From: Candidatus Omnitrophota bacterium
GTDB taxonomy: Bacteria > Omnitrophota > Gorgyraeia > 2-02-FULL-51-18
Length of the DNA stretch: 64,000 nt
Assembly (NCBI GenBank): GCA_945877765.1
Contig: CAMDWQ010000001.1
Span: 22,253 to 86,252, forward strand
Direction of reading: 5' to 3'
Shown here: positions 27,801 to 35,961 of the stretch, in pieces
Layout: each line of letters begins with the position of its first letter
Position numbering within the stretch: position 1 is the first letter of the stretch
Notes under the pieces: model-generated
Told to the model about the DNA's origin: nothing
What the model saw: only the letters and a program-made list of their open reading frames with translations
The model's database searches: none
Translations under genes and position numbers: made by a program

Positions 27801-30800
27801 AATCTGCCTGAAATTGGTCGATCAATTCTCCCGCCTGACTTCTCACAAATTCCAAAATTGTGCTTCTTATGACTGGGTTTTCTGAAAGTTGGGTCAATAA
27901 GGACTCGATGCTATCGGACGGAAGTACCGCGCCTCCCAAAATTTGATCCAACAGCGCTCTCACCAGGTTCTGATTTGAGATCCTAGAAATAATATTCCCC
28001 AGAATATTCACGTCTTTGGGTAGAATCTCATAGGATGCTTTCGTTTCCATTCTTTCCTTCCACATCAAGTACTCCGTATACTTTATGACCGTTTCACCAC
28101 TCAAGTCATCGGCTCCCGCAATAAAATAAAGGGTGCCTTGATTAGCGTCTAAATAGACCAAATCTCCATCATGAACCTCACAGGTAGTTTGTTTTGCGTC
28201 AGCTATCGCATGAAATACTATTTCTTTTCCACCAACCTCTATCTTCATCTCTGTTGTATCGGCGGTATAAGTCTTAAAGCGCAGGACTTGGTTATGCACT
28301 GAAGCTCCATTAAAAATAACAGCGGGCTTTCGATTTTCACGCGCCCGTATAGCCGCATGAGATAATGAGCCGCCTGTAGTAATCGCAACTCCGTTTGCGG
28401 CGGCAATGCTCGGATCATCCTCATTGTCGGTATAGTCGGCAATCAAAATTCCGTTTTTAAACTCGTCCGCACTTCTTCCTGTTTGCTTAAATCGGGCAAA
28501 ACCGATCGCCTTGCCAAGATTCAAACGCACTCCACCCAAAGAAACTGCGCTGATACCACGCCTTTGATTTGGTCTTTCCAATAATTGCTTTTTTTTAAAT
28601 GGTCCCGTCATACGATTTAATAGATGCTCATTAGAAATAGCAGAAAAAATACCCCGTGCCCCGTCAGGACTATTGGCTGCTCCAGCCAAACGAGCCCCGC
28701 TCATCTGGACGGCAAGCGACTCAAACCATTCCCGAAATGCGCTAGTGGAGGCAAAGCCTTGCGGCAACAAGAGCTCTTCTAAGTCATAGGGACTAAGCTT
28801 GTTATTAACTAATTCTCTTTTCCGGAATAAATCATATCTCCGTTGATTCATAAAAAATTCTCCCAAAATTGCCGTACCCAGAACAAACTGGGAAGATTTC
28901 GTGTCTTTCAAGACATAAAACGTGATCTGATCTCCTAAAGCAGCAAGCTTCAATTCTTCGACAAGATAAGGACCGACTTCTCCGATGGTCGTGCGAGAAC
29001 AAAAAGATTGGAGTGATCGAGCAATCGCCGCCACCTGACGCATGTAAATAATCTGAAGTTGGTCGGCTTTGTAGGCGGCCTCGATTAGCCGAGCGACTGG
29101 GAAGTTACGAGCCGAAGCTTCTTGGTAAGCAGCATCAAATTTATAATTCCCATCATCAATCACAACTAACGCTCCTCTAGAAATGAGAGTCTGGATGCCG
29201 TGACTGATAAAATCCATCATCCTTTGACCGCTTGGCATACCATCAGGCACTTCTATCCCAAGAGCCACGGCCAGTGCTTCTACTTGTTTGACAGCGGCCG
29301 GCAGTGGCGTCGGCACCATCACCGAATCTTTATCGCTTCGCAAGAGATAACCATTGGCGACGAATTCAGAAGTTAGGTCCGAAGCATTTACATGGGGGGA
29401 GCGATTAATAGCGAGGTCAAGATCGAGAGTTGAAGTAACCACTTGTACTGCAAAATTCAGCTTCTCGGGAAGATCCGCTATAGAGGATGCGCCATGATCT
29501 TTATCAAAAACTGCTTCCATATGATATCCATCCCTGCTGACCATAAAACCAGCCGCTTCAAACGCATCACAAATACTTCTAAAACGCGTGCTGTTACCAG
29601 GCTCATAGATTTTCTCGATATTATCCATATAGCTCACCAAAATTCGGCCCTCCTCCTGGACAGGCAGAAGCGAAAAATGGATGGCCGCGCTATGAAGACC
29701 CAGCTTAAGACCGATCAACGCTGTATTTTCATCCGCCATGACAAGAGCGTTGGAGGGATCGAAAAAACGTGAATTCTTATGCCTTAATTGATTCAGCGAA
29801 AAAGCCTGGGTAACAGCAAGAACCGCTATTGAGTGCTCTTGCTGTGGTTTTTGTCGAGCGTCGAGATATTTGACATTGACCTGGGTCCTCGAGTCAGCAG
29901 AGCTGACCATACACGTAGACACTCTCTGGCTCCCACCGGAGGGCATAACACCTCCCAGATTTCTCACACCTTTTTGATGGACAATGTTGATTAGTTCGGC
30001 GAAGGAAACGGCTTCATCACTAATCGGCGTTCCACTACCGATAAAAGCTATGTAGTCACCCAAATTGATACTCCTAACTCGGGTCTCGTAACCCTCGGCA
30101 GGGGCAACCGTCAGCCGAGAGGATTTTTTAGAATCAAACAACTGCATCATTGCTTCAATGGATGGTTGGATAGCGTGTGCTTTTCCAGGAAGCGACCGAA
30201 GACTGTCCATAGCACCCTCTACTTCATGCCGGATATTTAAAAATAACTTTGCGATGGACCTCCCCCCTTGAAGATCTGACGATTCCTTGGCAATAGAATC
30301 CAAACTTTTCCCAGGAGGCTGCCCCTTGAAAAGCACCTCGTAAGACAGCACCATCAACTGCATGGTATCTAACAAAGCTAAAATATCCTCCGGAGACTTG
30401 TTGGGCTTGCCAAGTTTTTGCAGGACCTCAGAATTTAGTTTTTCAAAATCGCGGTACATGGCCATGACTCGTTGCGCCTCAGGGTTAGCCGTCGGGGTAT
30501 CTACCATTGGCACAAAAGCGTATTCGACGGGTATAACACGTCCCGTATGGTAGTCAATTTCCCGATGTAAAAAAGAACTCAATTGTTTGAAATCTGGTTT
30601 TCCATAAACCTGTGGAACGGGAACATTTCTATTTAACTTGCCGTAAATTTCTGAAAGAGCCAAGAGGGCTTGTTCGCTTCCGTTGTTAACTTTTGTCTTT
30701 AGAATTAGATAGATTTCAGCTTGTTGAGGAGAATTTAAAAAGACGTAGGCGGCGCCTAGGGCTAGGAGGACGACTCCATTCCCGCTGTTAACTTGTGCCT

Positions 30801-33800
30801 TTAGAATTGGATAGATTGCAGATTGTTGGGAGAGAGTTAAAGAGGCGTAGATAGGGCCTAGGGCCCGGAGGGCATATTGATTTCCGTTTTCAGCTTGTGT
30901 CTTTAGAATCGGGTAGACTTCAGATTGTTGGGAAGAAGTTAGAGAAGCGTAGGCGGAGCCTAGGGCTTGGAGGGCAATTTCCTGCCCAGTTTTAGCCTCT
31001 GTCCTGAAGAGCGTATAGATTTCGGATTGTTGGGAAGAAGTTAGAGAAGCGTAGGCGGAGCCTAGGGCTAGGAGGGCGCGCCCACTTCCACTTTCAGCTT
31101 TTGTCTTTAGAATTATAAAGATTTCAGATTGTTGGGAAAGGGTTAAAGAGGCGTAGGCGAGTCCTAGGGCCCGGAGGACTACTTCGCTTCCTTTATCAAC
31201 TATTGTCTTTAGAGTTGCATAGATGTCGACTTGTTGGGCAGAGGTTAAAGAGGCGTAGGCGAGTCCTAGGTCCCAGAGGGCGAATTCATTTTCTTCGTCT
31301 GCTCCTGTCTTTAAAGTTGCGTAGATGTCAAGTTGTTGGGCAGAGGTTAAAGAGGTGTAGGCAGAGCCCAGAGCTAGGAGCGACGAACTGTATTTAAGAT
31401 CAACGGCATTTGTTTTCAAAAAGTCATAAAGCTTTTGAAAATCCGCCATCACTTCATCAGGATTTGAGATCTGTGGGGTTGCTTTGGTTTCCACAGGTGT
31501 GACCGGGGTCATGGTATTTAACTTGCCGTAAATCTTTGAAAGGGCCCAGAGGGCATCTCCATCACCTTTGTCAGCTTTTGTTCTTAGAATTGTGTAAATA
31601 TCAGATTGTTGGGAAGAAGTTAAAGAGGTATAGGCGAATCCTAGGGCTACGTCGGCGCCAGAATTTCCTTTTTCAGCTCCTGTCTTTAAAATTGGGTAGA
31701 TTTCAGATTGTTGCGAAGTAGTTAAAGAGGCGTAAGCGGCTCCTAGGGCTCGAAGGGCAGTTCCATAACCTTTACCAGCTTCTGTCTTTAGAATTGCATA
31801 GATTTCAGATTTTTGAGAAGGGGTTAAAGAGGCGTGGGCGAAGCCTAGGGCTTCGTGGGAAAATACACTTTTATTGTCAGCTTCTGTTTTTAGAATTGGA
31901 TAGATTTCGGATTGTTGGGAAAATGCTAAAGAGGCGTAGGCAAGGCCTAGGGCCCAGAAGGCATCTCCACTTCCACTGCCAGCTTCTGTCTTTAGAATTG
32001 GATAGATTTCGGATTGTTGGGAAGGAGTTAAAGAAGCGTAGGCGGAGCCTAGGGCTAGGAGGGCGTCTCCATTTCCTTTATCAACTTCTGCCTTTAGAAT
32101 TGGATAGATTTCGGATTGTTGGAAAAGAGTTAATGAAGCGTAGGCGGGGCCCATGGCTAGGACGGCATCTTTATTTTCTTTGTCAGCTTTTGTCTTTAGA
32201 ATCAGGTAGACTTCGGATTTTTGGGAAGGGGTTAATGAGGCGTAGGCGCAGGCTATTCCAGTGCCAGGGTTTGCCTTTAAAATTGGATAGATTTCGGATT
32301 GTTGGAAAAGAGTTAAAGAAGCGTAGGCGGAGCCTAGGGCATACAGGCCATTTGAATTTCCATTTTTAGCTTGCGTCTTTAGAATCAGATAGACTTCAGA
32401 TTTTTGGGAAGGAGTTAAAGAAGTGTAGGCGGAGCCTAGGGCTAGGAGGGCGTGTCCATTTCCGTCTTCAACAGCAGCTTTTTTCAAAGAGTCATAATGC
32501 TTTTGAAAATCCTCCCTCACTTCATCAGGGTTTGAGATCTGTGGGGTTGCTTTGGTTTCCACAGGTGCAGCCGAGGTTATGGTATCTAGCTGGCCGCCAA
32601 TCCCTGAAAGAGCCAAGAGAGTTTGTTCATATCCACTGTCAGCTAGTTGCTTTAGAATCGGAAAGGCTTCGGATTGTTGGGAAGGGGTTAAAGAGGTGTA
32701 GACAGATCTTAGGGCTTCGAGAGCATTTAAATTTCCTTTTTCAGCTTGTGTCTTTAGAATTAGGTAGACTTCAGATTGTTGAGAAAGAGTTAAAGATGCG
32801 TAGGCGGAGCCTAGGGCTTGGAGATTGGAAGCACTGGGCGGTTTCATGATGACAGACGGCCGAATCATCTTATAAAGCCCCCAAATAGTTGCACAAGTGG
32901 CAAACAAAACAGCGATAGAAAAGAACATGTAGTTGGCAACTGTCATTAAAACATTTTCTTCTTTTGGCTTTTCCAGTTTGGCTTCTTTGTCGGATGTAAT
33001 ATTTTCATTGGGCTGAGAATTCGATTCTTTATCAGACTGAATATTTTTTCCGGTTTGAGGATAGCTGACTATCTGATCCACCGCTTCTCCTTGCGCTTTG
33101 GTATCGCCAAAATACTTTTTAATGCTGGGGGAAGGCTTGGTTTTTTCATCGGCTGACGGTTGAGATGAATCCTGCTGCGCTAAAGATTGGGACGCAAGCG
33201 GCACAGAGAAGCCCAGCAAAACAGCACCCGATAAAATCAGGTGCCTAAACATTTCTCCGGCTGAATTTTTAGGGTGGTTTGTCTTCGCAACACGTGCGTC
33301 GCCATTCGACGATCCCCCATTATCTGCCAGCCGGGCAGCATTCATCGAATAGACTGCTCCCGCCAAAATATCTTTTTTGATATTTTGAGCTTTTGCCGTA
33401 GCAGCCATCCTACCCTGTCCCATAACATAGGCAGTCATATCCATTTTAGCGGCCACAGTGCTTACCACTGGCTGTTTTACATTCACGGATATCTGACCCA
33501 AAAGTATTTCCTCATACCTCTTAATATTCGTCTCATGCGTCACCTCGGGAATAATAGAGATGTAGGAAATGTTCCTTTGTTTTAAAAGATACTTAAGATT
33601 GGGTGTGTGATAGCCGCCGGTGATGAGGATAGCGCCTGCCTGCCGGCTAGGCAGGGATTTTGAATCTTGGATGGCGGATATATTTTTCAGAAAAACTTTA
33701 TCTCTCTCATAAGTTAGCTCATAGAATTTTTTACAGAGATTCGCCATATCTGTGAAATCTTCCTTAAGAAAAATCGCTTTTTCATAATGACCTTTTAAAA

Positions 33801-35076
33801 CCATGAGCTTTTGATTTAGAAAACCTGAGAGAGTTTTAATATCCGCAAAATCCTCTTTTTTGAATTCTTCATATTCTTCGGGAGTCAGGGACAGGTGAAA
33901 TAGTTTTTTATAAAACTCTAAAACTTTGATAGAAAGAAGAAGCTTGGACTCATCCTCATTGGTAGTGAAATTCTTAAAAATCTGGTCTTCCAGAGCTTTC
34001 TTTTCCGATAGGAGGTCTTTGGGGCTCAGAGAATTTGATTTTTCAAGGTATGCGAAATATTTAAATAACTCAGGGTATTTTGTTGTGCCTTTTAATTTTT
34101 CTTTCAAATATAGAAAAAATCCTTTTTGTGAATCTTTCATGGACAGCTTTGAGGCGGATTGGCCGCTTAACTCCCTTTGATCCTCCGCACCTAAAGATTC
34201 AATCGCTTTTTGTTGCTCTAGGCTTGCATCTTTAAAGTCAATTTTGGATTCAAAATTTTTAAGTTCTTTTAATTTCAGAAGATTCGGGAAATGGTTCAAA
34301 TCAATATTTAAAACATTAGCTTGGAGAAAAAGTGCATCGACATAGTCGGAGAAACTGGTTTCATCCTTTTTTGCTTTGTTATACTTCTCAAGGAATGACA
34401 AAAGAAATGGGTTTAGAAGCTTTGGTTTTAGGACTTCAATCGTAGATTCGATTTCCTGCAGATAGCTTTCGAAACGGTCCCTTTTTTTGATGCTTTGTTT
34501 ATAAACTTGTAGAGACTTAAAATAAAGATTCGGATCTTCAACTCCCACAACTTTAAAATTGTGATCGCTGGTCAGATCGAGATATTCAATTCCATGAAGA
34601 AGCCCTTTCTGTAAATATTCTTTGGCAATATTCTGTCTTTTGGACAAAGAAGCTCTGTCTCTTAAAAAAGTAAGATTGGCATTGCCATTGGCAGCCTCGG
34701 TGAAGACGGTATCTGCTATTCCGTTTTGGAATAATAGATCGAAGAGTTTGGCTTCGTTTAACTGGCATGAGGAATTGGTGTGAGCGTCTTGGATGAGGAT
34801 GATGGTTTCGGAGGGGCTAGACCCCTGTGGTATCTGGTAGGCGTCTTCGATGGTCGCTACTGATTCAGGGATTGGAGGAAGTAGCTTTTTAGCCCATTCC
34901 AGATTCTTTTGTTTTTCCCCCCTATCCTCCGTCCTCCATCCTAAATCCATCTTTCGAAGCTCAGGTGCCGAATAAGAAAACTCTTGAATTATTAGGCATA
35001 AAATTAGCGTGAGCGAGAGGCTCTTAAGAAAGACCGTTCGTGTCGTCTTTTTGACGATGCGGGGGCTATTTATCAT
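24808..35076 (-). CDS. Giant (3422 aa) membrane-anchored multidomain protein: TIKI/TraB-like N-domain, ~20 HEAT/PBS-lyase-like 35-aa repeats, PEP-utilizing-enzyme phosphohistidine swivel domain, and PEP-synthase/rifampin-phosphotransferase-like ATP-grasp domain
   Basis: A single uninterrupted 10,269-nt ORF. The N-terminus has a signal peptide/TM (VFLKSLSLTLILCLIIQEF), and a second TM lies at ~aa 712-738 (MFFSIAVLFATCATIWGLY). About aa 748-1480 are tandem ~35-aa repeats (ALGSAYASLTPSQQSEIYPILKTEAxKGNxxAL). At ~aa 2225-2320 TTGGSLSHAAIRARENRKPAVIF...HDGDLVYLDANQGTLYF is a strong match to the PEP-utilizers mobile domain with the catalytic His. At ~aa 2575-3036 AGGKGSNSAE, AVRSSGLKEDSVDEAMAGMKETKLNV, IDMEWSLD and VLQVRPIT give a PPDK_N/PpsA ATP-grasp nucleotide-binding domain. 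No PEP/pyruvate TIM-barrel domain is present. Domain assignments are from motif recognition only. Confidence 0.8.
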   Translation of the reverse strand: MINSPRIVKKTTRTVFLKSLSLTLILCLIIQEFSYSAPELRKMDLGWRTEDRGEKQKNLEWAKKLLPPIPESVATIEDAYQIPQGSSPSETIILIQDAHTNSSCQLNEAKLFDLLFQNGIADTVFTEAANGNANLTFLRDRASLSKRQNIAKEYLQKGLLHGIEYLDLTSDHNFKVVGVEDPNLYFKSLQVYKQSIKKRDRFESYLQEIESTIEVLKPKLLNPFLLSFLEKYNKAKKDETSFSDYVDALFLQANVLNIDLNHFPNLLKLKELKNFESKIDFKDASLEQQKAIESLGAEDQRELSGQSASKLSMKDSQKGFFLYLKEKLKGTTKYPELFKYFAYLEKSNSLSPKDLLSEKKALEDQIFKNFTTNEDESKLLLSIKVLEFYKKLFHLSLTPEEYEEFKKEDFADIKTLSGFLNQKLMVLKGHYEKAIFLKEDFTDMANLCKKFYELTYERDKVFLKNISAIQDSKSLPSRQAGAILITGGYHTPNLKYLLKQRNISYISIIPEVTHETNIKRYEEILLGQISVNVKQPVVSTVAAKMDMTAYVMGQGRMAATAKAQNIKKDILAGAVYSMNAARLADNGGSSNGDARVAKTNHPKNSAGEMFRHLILSGAVLLGFSVPLASQSLAQQDSSQPSADEKTKPSPSIKKYFGDTKAQGEAVDQIVSYPQTGKNIQSDKESNSQPNENITSDKEAKLEKPKEENVLMTVANYMFFSIAVLFATCATIWGLYKMIRPSVIMKPPSASNLQALGSAYASLTLSQQSEVYLILKTQAEKGNLNALEALRSVYTSLTPSQQSEAFPILKQLADSGYEQTLLALSGIGGQLDTITSAAPVETKATPQISNPDEVREDFQKHYDSLKKAAVEDGNGHALLALGSAYTSLTPSQKSEVYLILKTQAKNGNSNGLYALGSAYASLTLFQQSEIYPILKANPGTGIACAYASLTPSQKSEVYLILKTKADKENKDAVLAMGPAYASLTLFQQSEIYPILKAEVDKGNGDALLALGSAYASLTPSQQSEIYPILKTEAGSGSGDAFWALGLAYASLAFSQQSEIYPILKTEADNKSVFSHEALGFAHASLTPSQKSEIYAILKTEAGKGYGTALRALGAAYASLTTSQQSEIYPILKTGAEKGNSGADVALGFAYTSLTSSQQSDIYTILRTKADKGDGDALWALSKIYGKLNTMTPVTPVETKATPQISNPDEVMADFQKLYDFLKTNAVDLKYSSSLLALGSAYTSLTSAQQLDIYATLKTGADEENEFALWDLGLAYASLTSAQQVDIYATLKTIVDKGSEVVLRALGLAYASLTLSQQSEIFIILKTKAESGSGRALLALGSAYASLTSSQQSEIYTLFRTEAKTGQEIALQALGSAYASLTSSQQSEVYPILKTQAENGNQYALRALGPIYASLTLSQQSAIYPILKAQVNSGNGVVLLALGAAYVFLNSPQQAEIYLILKTKVNNGSEQALLALSEIYGKLNRNVPVPQVYGKPDFKQLSSFLHREIDYHTGRVIPVEYAFVPMVDTPTANPEAQRVMAMYRDFEKLNSEVLQKLGKPNKSPEDILALLDTMQLMVLSYEVLFKGQPPGKSLDSIAKESSDLQGGRSIAKLFLNIRHEVEGAMDSLRSLPGKAHAIQPSIEAMMQLFDSKKSSRLTVAPAEGYETRVRSINLGDYIAFIGSGTPISDEAVSFAELINIVHQKGVRNLGGVMPSGGSQRVSTCMVSSADSRTQVNVKYLDARQKPQQEHSIAVLAVTQAFSLNQLRHKNSRFFDPSNALVMADENTALIGLKLGLHSAAIHFSLLPVQEEGRILVSYMDNIEKIYEPGNSTRFRSICDAFEAAGFMVSRDGYHMEAVFDKDHGASSIADLPEKLNFAVQVVTSTLDLDLAINRSPHVNASDLTSEFVANGYLLRSDKDSVMVPTPLPAAVKQVEALAVALGIEVPDGMPSGQRMMDFISHGIQTLISRGALVVIDDGNYKFDAAYQEASARNFPVARLIEAAYKADQLQIIYMRQVAAIARSLQSFCSRTTIGEVGPYLVEELKLAALGDQITFYVLKDTKSSQFVLGTAILGEFFMNQRRYDLFRKRELVNNKLSPYDLEELLLPQGFASTSAFREWFESLAVQMSGARLAGAANSPDGARGIFSAISNEHLLNRMTGPFKKKQLLERPNQRRGISAVSLGGVRLNLGKAIGFARFKQTGRSADEFKNGILIADYTDNEDDPSIAAANGVAITTGGSLSHAAIRARENRKPAVIFNGASVHNQVLRFKTYTADTTEMKIEVGGKEIVFHAIADAKQTTCEVHDGDLVYLDANQGTLYFIAGADDLSGETVIKYTEYLMWKERMETKASYEILPKDVNILGNIISRISNQNLVRALLDQILGGAVLPSDSIESLLTQLSENPVIRSTILEFVRSQAGELIDQFQADLKKFHQYIEQKKYARRYDFEQVFLEADKLMKQAERLDRTMLAANGDWKHPFTAMMLQSSRAEMIEKGREWLGAARKEISAEVESAVVELSGSELPVLLSFWNKLELAGMTGEEGDSTIKEKILVIKLKIDALKKAREDEIKELQGRGVVWKENLKDRFSRPIAGGKGSNSAETTYAVKQLQERGLIDSSVQVATPEGFVIQPTEYFLWRVREHPEELNSLEGMTGIDEYANDWQRQLNTIFSGILELIKTDEETSADLRIDIHQAISGFVDKVRDAKGPADIFELTSKANQSLNALIDTGNLAEKSWKISAALQEKIEESKGIDLKLQANLAFAYRDLTVKQLNNLERLIAIDERTSVKFKTEVKTKILKFKQNLQRSQELHSIDGLILSLRDSVELLLLKYETSDVSRSIGNSMKVLGAVAVRSSGLKEDSVDEAMAGMKETKLNVFGIQALSRAVVDVWLSGAESILVDEMINPKASGVAFSADPAQQRADHIRVDAAHGLAKGLVDQTVKDPDSYLFSKTTSASGRYELLDSHVGVKTEQVLLDLGPQGGYKVEPNAQALEPALNEQQLQAVAEVVYKLSEYFGTQIDMEWSLDADDRIVVLQVRPITTIRESIERGKNIIGSPAAHVIREKNSTGGTVLDGARLAKPNAARLATTTLERVPTSRVPARRPRPLNLELTQGHPVVNIQKGEVITFIAQVITTQNVHENKQIAIGSSVIQIVFRDDGKAILYGLADRGIAIGARKIKIRRKGNQTTATMSLADYRLIMEEAAREARTLYANVPESFINEPAVVILNTNAVLPQGNVTQLAIQLLVAQLHNERRTPGGKFVRYVVVGHQARAMLKEAKRLYPTEKDLMVLNFSELQVTYQKAERVYVTSSTRRHQPNSKTRFLYLLDLGERGVLNPATLTLASFEARLEELSISNPYFVQFYQAYQKQLGREFKPKDLPDFINALKGLLEDLKILQQFALPPVMKLAVEEMIQTYSLMIKMALQAA
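30636..32835 (-). repeat. Intragenic tandem repeat array (~105-bp unit, ~20 copies) encoding the HEAT-like repeats of the giant protein; it contains a higher-order duplication
   Basis: The plus strand shows recurring blocks such as ctttagaattggatagatttcggattgttgggaaRgagttaaagaRgcgtaggcggagcctagggct with 105-nt periodicity. The larger protein segment PVETKATPQISNPDEV occurs twice (aa ~838 and ~1193), indicating block duplication. The many spurious plus-strand ORFs at 31203-32849 are antisense artefacts of this periodicity. Confidence 0.8.
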
Positions 35077-35154
35077 AGGTCTATGTATTACATATAGATA
35101 CGTGGAGTATGCCCAATAACTACCGATATTGCAAATTTTTTACAAGCTTGGGTT

Positions 35155-35961
35155 TTGGGGGCAATAAAACTCAATCAGAATTGCCAAACAAGCTCATCCA
35201 TGTTAGCATCATCGACTATGATCACAAATTTCTCCACACAAGAAGAAATTATCAAAAAACTACGCTCCATTGCAAAAATTCACAGCTTTGACGTAGTGCA
35301 TCGTATTTCGTCTGTTTTCTACGATGTTCTCAAGATTTCCTTTTACGCTTTGCAAAGAAAAATCGAAGGTCTCAGGGAACGCCCCACTGGTCCGGTGGTC
35401 TTGTCTACAAACGAGATTACTAAGCTTTTTAAGCTAATCCACTATCACCATTCTCAAAACCATATCCATCTTGTGAGCAATGAGTTAACTGAGTGCTTCG
35501 GTCGTAACTTCATCGAGGCCGATGCATTGAGTTACTTTGAGAAAAAAGTTGAGGGCAATATCTCCGACAAATTTGGGAGACAAATATTCGTTAGTTTGGA
35601 CGATGGGATAAAATTTATGTACAAAAACCAAGATACCGGCAAACATGAAATTGACTCAAAATACTACCTGCCTTATAGGGGTAAGCGCTTACCATGGATT
35701 CAGCATACTTTGAAAAATTCTAAAAATATTTATACAAGGACTGATGGTTCTGATCAAGAACTCATGTATGTGAATCAATATGATTTACCTGATTATGATG
35801 GGCAGGGTAGCAAATGTTTCTGGATTGTAATTTTGAGGCGGTACAAAAAAGACCGTGTCGGCCCTTTTAAATTTAAAACTGCCTTTGCAATTTTTAAATA
35901 TAATAATTTTCTAAAAAGAATCGAAAGATACCGACCCATCACGGAAACCAAGCAAAACTAA
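35155..35961 (+). CDS. Hypothetical protein (AT-rich orphan; start uncertain, possibly at MLASSTMITNF or MITNF)
   Basis: 268-aa ORF on the otherwise almost empty plus strand, divergent from the giant gene. The region is ~35-40% GC by eye against ~50% for the surroundings. No recognisable motif (HYHHSQNHIH, KCFWIVILRRYKK). It may be a foreign or toxin-like gene. Confidence 0.4.
   Translation: MGAIKLNQNCQTSSSMLASSTMITNFSTQEEIIKKLRSIAKIHSFDVVHRISSVFYDVLKISFYALQRKIEGLRERPTGPVVLSTNEITKLFKLIHYHHSQNHIHLVSNELTECFGRNFIEADALSYFEKKVEGNISDKFGRQIFVSLDDGIKFMYKNQDTGKHEIDSKYYLPYRGKRLPWIQHTLKNSKNIYTRTDGSDQELMYVNQYDLPDYDGQGSKCFWIVILRRYKKDRVGPFKFKTAFAIFKYNNFLKRIERYRPITETKQN

Noticed and set aside
31203-32849. 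A run of plus-strand ORFs (64-191 aa), rich in Arg/Leu (RIVGKELKKRRRSLGL...), lying antisense to the giant gene
   Set aside because: They coincide exactly with the 105-bp tandem repeat array and repeat with the same period. They are low-complexity and lie opposite a strongly supported long ORF. They are antisense artefacts, not genes.
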